DNA of 64,000 nt from an uncultured Gemmatimonadaceae bacterium (GTDB lineage Bacteria > Gemmatimonadota > Gemmatimonadetes > Gemmatimonadales > Gemmatimonadaceae), in NCBI GenBank assembly GCA_963817955.1, contig CAWFQK010000002.1, forward strand, positions 704,001 through 768,000. Direction: 5' to 3'. The notes beneath the pieces are model-generated. The model had not been told where the DNA came from and did not search any database. It was given only the letters and a program-made list of their open reading frames with translations. Positions 1-10,328 of this stretch are shown here, piece by piece. Numbering within the stretch: the first letter of the stretch is position 1; the number at the start of each line of letters is the position of its first letter. Both the position numbers and the translations under genes were made by a program.

Positions 1-1461
1 GTCGAACGCGCAGTCGCGCTGGGAGCGATGACCGGGCCCGACGATCTGTTCATCGCGACAGACAAGCAATGGGCGAGCGGGGCGTATGGCGAGATGAGCA
101 ACGACAGCCTCGCGCTGCTCGTGGGAGATCCACGGCTTGGCAAGAACCGTTTCTACGTTGAGCACAACGTGGGGCCGACTGGCCAGGGCTGGATCGATCG
201 CGCGTATCGAGAGGCGCTCTCCGTCACCGACCGATTCTGCCATGGCCAGCATGGCCGCACGCCGCGGGACCAGATGATCGCGTCGGGTGGCTTCCGAACC
301 ATCACTCGTCAGGCCTTTCAAGGCGCGGTCTACGACTGGAAGCGGAAGACGGTGACCCTCAATGTTCCTGATCTCTCTGACACCGCTCCGGCGGTTCAGG
401 CCTACCGATGCGCAGTGCGGTATGCGGAGAACCTGTTGCGGAAAGAGCGCAACTTCCCCGCGAAGTTGCGCGGCGTCACGGTCGACGCAGGCCTAGCCCG
501 GGCGCTCGATGCGCACTTCGCCACGTTCCTCCGCGCCACGCGGCCGCGTGCGAGGGTGACGATCGACCTGTCCAAGGCACAGAATCTCGCCCGAGAGTCT
601 GCGGATGTGCGAGCGCGGTTGCTCAAGGGTGTCGAGGTTGCTGAAGACGTGGGACCGTTGCCGATCGCCGCCCGGCCGTCGCCCGACATGTCTCGTACGA
701 CATCGACGGGGCGTACGAAGTCCGGCGAACCAGTGGCCGATGGAGACATACCTGCCGAGCACATCGCCGCAGGCCTGCTGACGGATCTAGCGGCGGTCCA
801 TGATGTCCTGTCATCGCTCACCGGCCCAGCGCGCGCGCTCGTTGAGGCGCTGGCGGCGCGGGGATGGGAATCCGCCGAGAACGATCCCGACCTCAACGCT
901 GCCACGGCCGGGGCTCTCATTGGTCCGCTCGTTGACGAGATCAACGAACGCGCGGTTCGTGTGCTTGGCGATGTGCTGCTGGTGACCGAGGAGAACACGT
1001 TGGTAGTGCAGGAGGACTTCCGAGACGAGGTCCACTGGGTCCTCAACGGGTCTCTCGATGGCTTCAGCGATCGCCGCGGGTTGCCGGCGCCTGCCAATGC
1101 GTTGCCCGTTTCGCCGAGTGGGCGTGTGCCCACGGCGGCGGACCAGCCGGACACCGATGGCTTTGGGCCGATCGAGCTCCGCGTGCTCGCGATCATTGCG
1201 GTCGGCGGTCCAGGTGTGCCCGCATCGGTCTCCAAGGCAGCCCGCGAGCAGGCCACAACACCGCTACTCCTGGTGGACCGCATCAACGAGGCCGCGCTGG
1301 CCTCACCCTACGGCGACATCCTCGTGGACGCCGGGGCCTCGCCGCTGGTGCTGCTGGAGGACGCGCGCGAGTACGTGGTCGCGCTGCTCGACCGCGTTCG
1401 ATCGATCCTCCAATCGCCGCCGGCGTATCCCGATACGGAAGAAAGCGAGCCTGCCACGTAG
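1..1461 (+). CDS. TerB-N/TerB-C-like domain protein, 5'-partial (frame is open from base 1)
   Basis: Two TerB-C-like motifs (LVDEINERAVRVLGDVLL; LLVDRINEAALASPYGDILVD); lies upstream of a DUF2791-like ATPase and an Lhr-like helicase. Confidence 0.65.
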   Translation, partial: VERAVALGAMTGPDDLFIATDKQWASGAYGEMSNDSLALLVGDPRLGKNRFYVEHNVGPTGQGWIDRAYREALSVTDRFCHGQHGRTPRDQMIASGGFRTITRQAFQGAVYDWKRKTVTLNVPDLSDTAPAVQAYRCAVRYAENLLRKERNFPAKLRGVTVDAGLARALDAHFATFLRATRPRARVTIDLSKAQNLARESADVRARLLKGVEVAEDVGPLPIAARPSPDMSRTTSTGRTKSGEPVADGDIPAEHIAAGLLTDLAAVHDVLSSLTGPARALVEALAARGWESAENDPDLNAATAGALIGPLVDEINERAVRVLGDVLLVTEENTLVVQEDFRDEVHWVLNGSLDGFSDRRGLPAPANALPVSPSGRVPTAADQPDTDGFGPIELRVLAIIAVGGPGVPASVSKAAREQATTPLLLVDRINEAALASPYGDILVDAGASPLVLLEDAREYVVALLDRVRSILQSPPAYPDTEESEPAT

Positions 1462-1616
1462 CGGCGCGGACAGACACGCCCGCCGACGGGCTGTTCCGCG
1501 CGCCCCCGCGCCTCCCGTATACTTGTGGCCACGACCCGAACATCACTGCAGGCCGGCGCGCCGCGCCCCACCCCCTGCGCCGCGATCGCCGACTGCTACC
1601 ATATGGTTCGCTTGAT

Positions 1617-3028
1617 ATGACCCTGCCCGCCTCCCTTGCATCAAATGTCCCCCGCCGAATCCTCACGGCTGTCATGAACTCGGTCGCCGCGGGTGTGACA
1701 CCGCGGACCGGGATCGAACACCTCGCCGTGGGCCGGAAGGAAGAGATTGGGGCCATCGTGACGGATCTCGACAACGTGGGAGAGGGTGGCGCTGCCTTCC
1801 GCGTCATCTCGGGCCCGTTCGGCTCTGGGAAGAGCTTCCTTCTTCAACTGGCGCGCAACTACGCGTTGGAGCGCAACTACGTGGTGATGGACGCCGACCT
1901 GTCGCCAGAGCGGCGCTGGCCGGTGCCCAACGGCAGGGGCTCGCGACCTACCGCGAGCTCACGAAGAATATGGCCACGAAGACGCGGCCGGACGGCGGCG
2001 CGCTGGCAATGATCCTCGAGAAATGGATCTCCGGCGTTCAGGCAGACGTGATGCGCGAGCAAGGGCTCACGGTCACGGACCCGGCGTTTGCGACAGCGGT
2101 CGAGTCGAAGATCGTCGAGACGGTGAACGCGATGGAGGGGCTCGTTCACGGCTTCGACTTCGCGCAGGTGCTCGCCACGTACTGGCGTGGACACGTCGAG
2201 CAGGACGAGACCAAGAAAGCGGCCGCATTGCGCTGGCTCCGCGGTGAGTACGCAACCAAGACGGAGGCGCGCGAAGCGCTCGGTGGGGTCGTGCGCGTGA
2301 TGATTGACGACGACACGTGGTACGACTACGTGAAGCTGCTGGCCACGTTCGTGACCACGATCGGCTACCGTGGGATCGTCGTCATCGTCGACGAGGCCGT
2401 GAACCTGTACAAGATCTCCCACACACAGGCGCGGCTTGCCAACTACGAAATGCTCCTGACGATCCTCAACGACTGTCTGCAAGGGAGGGCACAACACCTT
2501 GGGGTGTTCTTTGGCTCGACCCCACAGATGGTCGAAGACACCCGCCGCGGCCTGTTCTCCTACGACGCCCTTCGCACGCGCCTCCAGGAGAGCCGGTTCG
2601 CCGCCCGTGCAGGACTCCGAGACGTGAGCGGCACCGTCATCAAACTCGAGCCGCTGTCCTTCGAGGAGATCTTCGTTCTGCTCCAGCGCCTGCGACACCT
2701 TCACGCCATGTTCCATGGGTACGCTGAGCGCGTCTCCGACGAGCAGATCAAGGCCTTCATGGAGGAAACGCTGAACCGCCTCGGCGCCGAGCGCTTCACT
2801 ACGCCCCGGGAGATCATCCGAGACTTCATCGCGGTGCTCAATCTGATTCAACAGAACCCCGGCCTCGGGTTCGACTCACTGATCCGTGGCGAGGACTTCC
2901 GGCCGAGCGCGTCCGGGCCGGACACCGATGCCGTCGTGGCCGATACGGAGGAAAACGCTGCCGGGGCGCAGGCGTTTCCCAAGACGGACGGGGGGTTTGA
3001 TGACCACTTCAAGGCGTTCACGCTGTGA
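1617..3028 (+). pseudogene. DUF2791/BrxD-like P-loop ATPase split by a 1-nt frameshift at ~1916 (real lesion or sequencing error)
   Basis: Walker A GPFGSGKS in ORF 1617-2012; Walker B VIVDE in ORF 1970-3028; adding one C after cggcgc (1911-1916) restores SPERRLAGAQRQGLATYRELTKNMATKTRP. Confidence 0.8.
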
Positions 3029-5361
3029 CAAGGTCGCCTATCCCTGATCTGACGCCGTCAACGCATGCGTTCGACCGACTCGCCCCGTTCATCCAAGCAT
3101 TCATCTGGAAGCACGGGTGGGCCGAACTCCGCGAGATCCAAGTGCAGGCAGCCGCGGCGGCGTTTGACACCGATCGGCACCTTCTGCTTGCTGCCGGCAC
3201 CGCGAGTGGTAAGACGGAGGCGGCTTTCCTCCCGATCCTGACCCAACTCCACGAGAATCCGTCGTCGACCGTTGGCGCGCTCTATCTCGGCCCACTCAAG
3301 GCGCTCATCAATGACCAGTTCCTCCGACTCGGTGACTTGTGCATCGAGGCGGAGATTCCCGTGACGGCTTGGCACGGCGATGTAGCAGCGAATCGGAAGC
3401 ACGATCTCCTGAAGCGGCCGAGCGGCATCCTGCAGATCACGCCGGAGGCGCTCGAGGGCCTGCTCCTCAACCGAAGCGCGGACCTGAGTCGGCTCTTCGG
3501 GGATTTGCGCTGGGTGGTCATCGACGAGGTGCACGCCTTCATGGGGTCCGACCGAGGAGGCCAAGTGCTCGCCCTACTCGATCGACTCTCGCGTTACGCA
3601 CTCGATCGGACGCGGCTCCCGCGGCGCATGGGACTCTCCGCGACGCTGGGGGACTACGCCGAGGCGTCGGCCTGGCTGGATGGGACCACGGGCCGCGGCG
3701 TGCAGGTGATTGCCGAGCAGGGCAGCCGAACGGTCTACCTTCTCGTTGACCACTTCACCGTGAAGCCGGAGCGGAAGAGTCGTCCGGACGAACCGAGCCA
3801 TGACGCCGACGAGCGCGAGGGGGCGCCCCGAGGAGCATCCCACACAGAGGCAAGTGGCGAGACCGATGCCTTGATGGCGGACAGGCTGATCGACCGTCAA
3901 GCGGACCTCTTGAGCGCCGCATATCAAGCGACCCGGGATCGGAAGAGCCTCATTTTCACCAACTCGCGGAGTGACGCCGAGGAGATCATCACCGGACTCC
4001 GGGGTCTGGCAGAACGTGAGCACGCCCCGGACATCTACTTCGTGCATCACGGCAGCGTCGCGGCGGCCCTCCGCGAAAGCGCTGAGACCGCACTGCGGGA
4101 TGGGGAGGGGCCTGCCTGCACCGCGGCCACCGTCACGTTGGAGCTGGGTATCGACCTGGGGCGCCTGGACCGAGTGCTTCAACTCGGGCCTACCTTCACG
4201 GTCTCGAGCTTCCTGCAGCGCCTCGGGCGCGTCGGACGCCGCCGCGGTCAGCGCCCTGAGATGTTCTTCCTCTTGCGCGAGGAGGAGCACGACGGCAAAG
4301 CGCACGTCCTCGACAGAATCCCGTGGGAGCTGCTGCAGACCATCGCGATCATCCAGCTCTACGCCGAGGACAAGTGGATAGAGCCGATCGGGCGAGCGCA
4401 GTTCGCCGGGAGCTTGCTGTACCACCAAACGATGAGTGTGGTGGGTGCGTCTGGCGAACTGACGCCGCCACAACTTGCCGAGCGTGTTCTGACGCTCGCG
4501 CCATTCGTGAACATCCCGCAGGACGACTTCCGATCGCTGCTCCGTCACCTCCTCGCGATCGACCATCTCGAACGCACGGAAGAAGGCGGGTTGATGCTCG
4601 GCCTCACAGGCGGGAAGATCGTTCACAACTACAAGTTCCTCGCGACGTTCCAGGATTCCACCGAGTGGGCTGTGAAGGAAGGCACGCGCGACATCGGGAC
4701 GATCGCGAGCCCGGTGCCCCAGGGTGAGCGGTTTGCGCTCGCGGGACGCACATGGGAGGTCGTGGATCTGATCTCGGACCAGCGGGTGCTCGTGGTCAAA
4801 CGGGTGAAGGGCACGCTGAAGACTCACTTCATTGGCGGTCACGGCGGCGATGTCCATGGTCGCATTGTCGAACGGATGCGGCGCGTGCTCGTGGAGGACG
4901 TGGCGTACCCGTATCTGACCGAACGCGCCGCGGCTCGTCTGTCGCAGGCGCGTGTACTCGCATCAGCGAGCGGATTCGCGACCCGCCCTACAGTGGTGCC
5001 GGTCAGTCGAGAAAAGGTGATGCTTCTCCCGTGGGTCGGAAGTCGAGTGCTCCGCACGATGGCGTTTCGCATCGGGCAAGCCGGGTTCGCGACCGTGGCG
5101 CACGACGACTTCTATCTCACGCTGACTGCCAAGGCGGGCGGCTCGGAGACGATCGCCAAGGGCCTCGCCGCGCTCGCGCAGGAGTCGTGGGTCGCAGACT
5201 CCATCGCGGGGGATCTCGATCGGGCCTTTTGCACGACCGGGAAGTACGACGAGTTCTTGCCTGACGAGTTGCTCAAGAAAGCCTTCGCGGCGGATCATTT
5301 GGACGCCGCCGGTGCCGCCGACCGAATGCGGGTGATGTTCCCTGAGGCCCTGGCGACCTGA
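3025..5361 (+). CDS. Lhr-like DEAD/DEAH-box SF2 helicase
   Basis: AGTASGKTEAA, PLKALINDQ, IDEVH, LSAT, TLELGIDLG, QRLGRVGRR; start overlaps ATPase stop (GTGA). Confidence 0.9.
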   Translation: MTRSPIPDLTPSTHAFDRLAPFIQAFIWKHGWAELREIQVQAAAAAFDTDRHLLLAAGTASGKTEAAFLPILTQLHENPSSTVGALYLGPLKALINDQFLRLGDLCIEAEIPVTAWHGDVAANRKHDLLKRPSGILQITPEALEGLLLNRSADLSRLFGDLRWVVIDEVHAFMGSDRGGQVLALLDRLSRYALDRTRLPRRMGLSATLGDYAEASAWLDGTTGRGVQVIAEQGSRTVYLLVDHFTVKPERKSRPDEPSHDADEREGAPRGASHTEASGETDALMADRLIDRQADLLSAAYQATRDRKSLIFTNSRSDAEEIITGLRGLAEREHAPDIYFVHHGSVAAALRESAETALRDGEGPACTAATVTLELGIDLGRLDRVLQLGPTFTVSSFLQRLGRVGRRRGQRPEMFFLLREEEHDGKAHVLDRIPWELLQTIAIIQLYAEDKWIEPIGRAQFAGSLLYHQTMSVVGASGELTPPQLAERVLTLAPFVNIPQDDFRSLLRHLLAIDHLERTEEGGLMLGLTGGKIVHNYKFLATFQDSTEWAVKEGTRDIGTIASPVPQGERFALAGRTWEVVDLISDQRVLVVKRVKGTLKTHFIGGHGGDVHGRIVERMRRVLVEDVAYPYLTERAAARLSQARVLASASGFATRPTVVPVSREKVMLLPWVGSRVLRTMAFRIGQAGFATVAHDDFYLTLTAKAGGSETIAKGLAALAQESWVADSIAGDLDRAFCTTGKYDEFLPDELLKKAFAADHLDAAGAADRMRVMFPEALAT

Positions 5362-5786
5362 AGACGGCCTACGCCCTGCGGATATATGGCTCTGCGGCCG
5401 CCCCGCCGACGCCATCTCGTGCGCCGGAGCGTCCAACGGGGCTAGGAACGGGTGACTCGGATCCGCCGCAACGCGACCCGCCTCCGGAATGCCGCAGGAG
5501 CCAGCGCACTCGGCGGTGCAAAGCCGAACGGCAATCGGGACTTAGGAGCCCGACTGCCGCGCATAAAAAGGGGGCTCGCCGAAGCGGGCGGGTCATTGCC
5601 TTCCTGGACGAAACGGGTCACACGTTTCGAGCCCAGACGTTGTCTTCCCCACGGTCAGCCCGATGCCTTGGCCGGGCAGCGCAGCGGCAGTGCCGAACAT
5701 GACGAGGAGCGGTGCGATGGCGCGGCGTAGCGGTGCAGTCTTCAGTAACCGGTGCAGGTCCCACGGTTCGTCACATCGGCTCGAGA

Positions 5787-6176
5787 TTACTTGAGCGTAT
5801 CCAACGAGACGTTCTTGTCGAATACCGTTTGCTGGTCAGGCCTCAAGATGGCACGCACCGCGTCGACATACTTCGTGCGGACGGCGCTCATCTTCAGGAC
5901 GATCTGCATATCGCCACCGCCGCCTTTGCTCAGCTTCCGCGTTTCCGCCACGTAAGCGCCGCGGAGACTATCGACTCGTTTGCGCTGGTCGGCGTTCAGC
6001 GTGATGGCGGTCGGTTCCGTCAGCCAGCGGTCGATGTCCGACGTCGCAGGCCGCGCCGACGCCTGTTGCTTCGCGGCCGGATGATCCGCGACCTGTGCGC
6101 CAGCGACAGCCGGCCGCCCTGCGGCGGCGAGCAAGATGAGACCAAAGATAGCACTCGTGCGCATACGGGACTCCAT
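5787..6176 (-). CDS. small secreted hypothetical protein (Spy/CpxP-like helical)
   Basis: Signal peptide-like N-terminus; LNADQRKRV and ILRPDQQTVFD motifs. Confidence 0.6.
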   Translation of the reverse strand: MESRMRTSAIFGLILLAAAGRPAVAGAQVADHPAAKQQASARPATSDIDRWLTEPTAITLNADQRKRVDSLRGAYVAETRKLSKGGGGDMQIVLKMSAVRTKYVDAVRAILRPDQQTVFDKNVSLDTLK

Positions 6177-6266
6177 GATGAGAACGATCGTTTGCCGTCT
6201 ACCGGGAGTGGTGGTGCGGCATCATAGACATCCTACTCCCACACTTTTCTTAGCAGAGCATCCTGA

Positions 6267-6376
6267 GCGTCGTCGGATACGTGTAATTGCCCGCGCGTCG
6301 TTGAGGGAGTATAATCGACTGAGCGTCGTTGGAGGAGTATAATCGACTGAGCGTCGTTGACTGAGTGTAATCGACA
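6267..6376. repeat. four tandem 28-bp units directly upstream of the permease ATG; two contain TATAAT
   Basis: gcgtcgtcggatacgtgtaattgcccgc / gcgtcgttgagggagtataatcgactga / gcgtcgttggaggagtataatcgactga / gcgtcgttgactgagtgtaatcgaca. Confidence 0.85.
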
Positions 6377-8848
6377 ATGGTGTTCTTTCCTGACGTGACG
6401 TTTGCGCTACGCGCGCTGAGGAAACGGCCCGGCATCGTCGCCGCCGTCGTCGTGACGCTGGCCCTGGGCATCGGTGCGAACACGGCAGTGTTCAGCCTGA
6501 TGGATGCGGTACTGCTTCACCCGCTTGCCGTCGGTGATCCCAGCCGCCTCGTCACCGTGTACGAGGCTACCCGAGAGACGCCGTATGGCACCAGCGCGCT
6601 GAGCACCTATCGTGAGTTGTCGGCACGCGCCCGCACGGTTGCGGGGATGGCCGCATCATTTACCACCACACTTCCCCTCGGCGACGAGAATCCGCTCGAC
6701 GTGCAGGTCGCGTTCGTCACGGACACATATTTCACGACGTTGGGGGTGCGTGCGGCGCGCGGACGTGTGCTCACACCCGGTGAATCACGCGACGGATCGC
6801 CGCTCACCGTCGTGCTGAGCGGCGCGCTCTGGCGCACACGCTTCGGCGCCGATCCGGGGATCGTCGGCCGGCACGTTCGTCTCCGCGGCCGAGTGTTTAC
6901 CGTCATCGGCGTGGCACCCGACAATTTTCTCGGAACCAATCTGTCGGCCATTCCCGACGCATGGGTCGCGGTCCCGGCGATCGGCACGCTTGGAATCGAC
7001 ATGCTGTCACGCGGCGGCGAGGCGAACCCCGACGTGCCCGTGTTCACGATGATCGCGCGTCTCGCGCCTGGCGTCACCCGTGAGCAAGCCGCCGCCGATC
7101 TCGACTTGCTCGTGCGGCAGGCCGATGCCGCGGGCCGTTCGTCGCTCTACGTGCAACACCCGCGCGCCGGAATGCCCGTGGTATCCGTCGTGCCGATCGT
7201 CGAGAGCGCGACGTCAATGTCCGATCGCGCCTCGCTGCTGCAATTCATGCGTCTCCTCTTTGGCGTCGTCGCGCTGACGCTGTTGTTGGCGTGCATGAAC
7301 GTGGCGAACCTGCTCATCGTGCGCGCAGGCGAGCGCGCCACGGAGTTGGGCATACGGACCGCGCTCGGCGCCAACGCAGGACGCATCGCGCGACAGGTCT
7401 TGACGGAGAATGCGTTGCTCGGCCTCGCCGGCGGCGGCGCCGGGATCGCCGTCGCGTTCGTCACGCTTCGCCTGTTCTCCACGTTCACCCTTCCCGGCCG
7501 CATTTCGGTCGATCACCTCTCGCTCGCGCTCAACGCGCGGGTCCTGCTCTTCACCACCGTGATCTCGTTGGCCACCGCGCTCGCCGTGGGTATCGTGCCG
7601 GCGCTGCAAGCGACGCGTACGAACATCATCGACGTGCTGCGCCGTCAGGAAGGGCAGCGGCAATCGCTTCGCACGCGTGGAGCGCTGATCGCCGCGCAGG
7701 TCGCCATCGCGCTCATCCTCCTGGTGGGCGCCGGACTGTTTCTGCGCAGCATGCGCGCTGGGCTGAGCACCGACCTCGGCTTCGATCCGCGGCCGATCGC
7801 CGCAGTGAGCATCACGCCAAAATTCGAGGGCCGGCACGCCGACAACGTACGTCCCTACCTCGAGATCGTGTCGCAAATGCAGAAGAGAGCCGGAGTGACG
7901 GCAGCAGCGGCGGCGACACACGTGCCGATCGGCGGCGCGGCGATGCGGACCGTCGAGATCGGACCGGAAACCGGCGCGCCAGCAGCCGACCAACGGTCCG
8001 TCATGGCCGGCATCGGTAACGTTACCGACGACTACTTCAAGACCATCGGAGTACCCCTCGTCGCTGGCCGCACGTTCAACAGCGCCGATGTCGTCACGGC
8101 GCCCCACGTGATGGTGCTGAACGAATCGGCCGCACGTGCGCTCTGGCCGCACGAATCCCCGCTCGGCAAGCTCGTTCACTCGCGCGGTTTCACCTATACC
8201 GTGATTGGCGTCGCACGCGACACGAAGTACATAACACTGCAGGACCGAACGGTGCCGTTCGCCTACGTGTCGATTGTGCAGGAGGATTTCTACGCCTCGG
8301 TGAGTTTTCTCGCGCGCAGCGCGGAGCCGCGGGCCGCGCTGGACGTACTTCGGCAGACCGTGCATACGGTTGCGCCGGATCTCAAGACTCCCGACTTCGC
8401 CCGGCTACGCCCGCGCCTCGTCTCCGAGCAGGTCGACATGATCCTCGCGCCCCAGCGTTTTGGCGCGGAGCTGCTCGCAGCGTTCGCGCTCGTCGCGCTG
8501 TGTGTCTCCGCGGTTGGGATCTACGGTACTGTTGCCTATGCCGTCGGGCAGCGCACGACGGAGATCGGAGTTCGCATGGCACTCGGCGCGCAAGCCTCGA
8601 GCATTCTGTCATTGGTGCTGACCGAAACGGGAATTGCCGTGGCGTCCGGCCTGCTCATCGGGGTCGCGGGGACACTGGTCAGCAGCCGACTGCTGGCGCA
8701 CTCCTTTTCCGGGATCGGCGCGGTCGACTGGCTTGCGTTCGCGGGCGGGGCGTGCGCCGTTCTCGTCGTCGCGGCGAGCGCATCATGGATTCCGGCCCGG
8801 CGCGCAATGCAGATCGACCCCGCGAGAGCGATGCGGGGATTGCAATGA
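6377..8848 (+). CDS. duplicated orphan ABC permease (ADOP / MacB-FtsX type)
   Basis: TLALGIGANTAVFS, LACMNVANL, ELGIRTALGA, EIGVRMALGA, IPARRAMQIDP; no ATPase gene adjacent. Confidence 0.9.
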   Translation: MVFFPDVTFALRALRKRPGIVAAVVVTLALGIGANTAVFSLMDAVLLHPLAVGDPSRLVTVYEATRETPYGTSALSTYRELSARARTVAGMAASFTTTLPLGDENPLDVQVAFVTDTYFTTLGVRAARGRVLTPGESRDGSPLTVVLSGALWRTRFGADPGIVGRHVRLRGRVFTVIGVAPDNFLGTNLSAIPDAWVAVPAIGTLGIDMLSRGGEANPDVPVFTMIARLAPGVTREQAAADLDLLVRQADAAGRSSLYVQHPRAGMPVVSVVPIVESATSMSDRASLLQFMRLLFGVVALTLLLACMNVANLLIVRAGERATELGIRTALGANAGRIARQVLTENALLGLAGGGAGIAVAFVTLRLFSTFTLPGRISVDHLSLALNARVLLFTTVISLATALAVGIVPALQATRTNIIDVLRRQEGQRQSLRTRGALIAAQVAIALILLVGAGLFLRSMRAGLSTDLGFDPRPIAAVSITPKFEGRHADNVRPYLEIVSQMQKRAGVTAAAAATHVPIGGAAMRTVEIGPETGAPAADQRSVMAGIGNVTDDYFKTIGVPLVAGRTFNSADVVTAPHVMVLNESAARALWPHESPLGKLVHSRGFTYTVIGVARDTKYITLQDRTVPFAYVSIVQEDFYASVSFLARSAEPRAALDVLRQTVHTVAPDLKTPDFARLRPRLVSEQVDMILAPQRFGAELLAAFALVALCVSAVGIYGTVAYAVGQRTTEIGVRMALGAQASSILSLVLTETGIAVASGLLIGVAGTLVSSRLLAHSFSGIGAVDWLAFAGGACAVLVVAASASWIPARRAMQIDPARAMRGLQ

Positions 8849-8908
8849 CTCAGAACGGGCGAACCAGTCGCCACATGCGACCACAGTTTATTTTGACCGA
8901 ACTGACAC

Positions 8909-9280
8909 GTGTCCATACTACATGACGTTCCGCAGCGTCGGGAACCACCGCAGCTCTTCGAGCTGATCGCCCAGTGGGCAAGGCGCGCATCCGACGGCGT
9001 GCTTGCACTCTCCGCGGGCGTCGGTGCGGTCGGAAGTTGTGCATTGTTCATTGCGCGACCGGCGTGGTGGGCTTACGCACTCCCTGTCGTGGCTCTCGGC
9101 GCGGTCGGCTTCTGGGGAATTGCAGAGCGAGAACTCACGTCCGACAGTCGTGCCGTGAATGACTCGCGCCGTCGCCTTTTACGACTCGCGCAGATGGTCG
9201 CCGTCACAATCGGGTCTGCGGCTGCGGCAGTTTCAGGGCTCGCCGTCTGCCGTCTCGCGATTGGAACCTGGATTTCGTAG
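8909..9280 (+). CDS. hypothetical membrane protein
   Basis: About three hydrophobic segments; follows the permease. Confidence 0.55.
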   Translation: MSILHDVPQRREPPQLFELIAQWARRASDGVLALSAGVGAVGSCALFIARPAWWAYALPVVALGAVGFWGIAERELTSDSRAVNDSRRRLLRLAQMVAVTIGSAAAAVSGLAVCRLAIGTWIS

Positions 9281-9343
9281 CCGAGGTGGCCCGACCTCCG
9301 GCCATGGCTGCGCGACGTGATCCGGTCGAAACGTTAGAACGCC

Positions 9344-10165
9344 TTAGCGACCCGGATGAAGCTGGCGCAGCCAACGTGGGTCTAATCGCGTATCCACGCG
9401 GATGGTCGCTGGGTGCCGGATCCCAGCACGGATGCTCCACGGCAGGATGTAGGAGGCAAGCAGGATGCTGTCGAGCCGTTGGCTGAGCACATAGATCCGC
9501 TCGCCGTTGCCTGCCACTCGAAGTGCGCGATGTGGGAGCACCAACGTCTGCAGGTAGGCTCCGCTTTCAGCGTAGAGGTCCACCATGCGGTCCGCGCCCG
9601 CGGTGTGACCGGCAAACAAGACGGCCACTCCACCGGGATAGCTCGTCGCGTCGCGCGTGTACACTGGAGCGCTATGCCTGATTCGGTACCAGATGGATCG
9701 ATACCATGGTTCCTGAATGACGGGTTCGACAAATGGGCCCAGCGGACGGACGGCCGAGTCGGTAACGATCATCACGGTGCTCATGCGCGGCGCCCACATC
9801 AGGCACGGGCCGCCCAACGACCCACCGAAGTGGACCTCCGGCCACCTCACGGCGAGACCGTCCACGTACCCACGCGGAATGCGCAGCGCCCGCACGTGAG
9901 CCGGCGGCGATAGGGGCTGCACAAACACGGTCTCCGGGTGGGCGTTCTCGATGAATGCGATCGCTCTCCCGTCGATGACGCACCCCACGCGCGGCGCACC
10001 AGCGGAGTCCAGCGTCGCCTCGATCTTGCTCGTGGCCGATACGGTACGGCTCACCACCCGCCCTGAGGCCGAATCGAGATACCATGTGATGCCGTCAGGG
10101 GTGACGCCGCAGGCGAGCTTCCCACTCCAGATCTCCGACCCCGCCAACGCGAATGACGGCGGCAC
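9344..10165 (-). CDS. hypothetical protein, possibly beta-propeller-like; start uncertain
   Basis: 273-aa ORF with RMVDLYAESGAYLQTLVLP-type C-terminal motif. Confidence 0.45.
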   Translation of the reverse strand: MPPSFALAGSEIWSGKLACGVTPDGITWYLDSASGRVVSRTVSATSKIEATLDSAGAPRVGCVIDGRAIAFIENAHPETVFVQPLSPPAHVRALRIPRGYVDGLAVRWPEVHFGGSLGGPCLMWAPRMSTVMIVTDSAVRPLGPFVEPVIQEPWYRSIWYRIRHSAPVYTRDATSYPGGVAVLFAGHTAGADRMVDLYAESGAYLQTLVLPHRALRVAGNGERIYVLSQRLDSILLASYILPWSIRAGIRHPATIRVDTRLDPRWLRQLHPGR

Positions 10166-10328
10166 CTGTACCGGCTACGCGATTGTCCGCGCTCGGCGAA
10201 CAACTGACCAGCGCCAGTGCCCCTATATAATAGATGTAACACGACGATCGAGCAGCGAAGGAAGCCATCAGCAGATTCTAAGGCTTCACGTTGAGCGAAG
10301 CAAACATCATCATACTGACGTTCGGCCA

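Noticed and set aside
5362..5786. tRNA or att site at the defence-island boundary
   Set aside because: No cloverleaf, T-loop motif, integrase or direct repeat recognisable
6267..6376. CRISPR array
   Set aside because: The 28-bp units are contiguous with no unique spacers, and no cas genes are present
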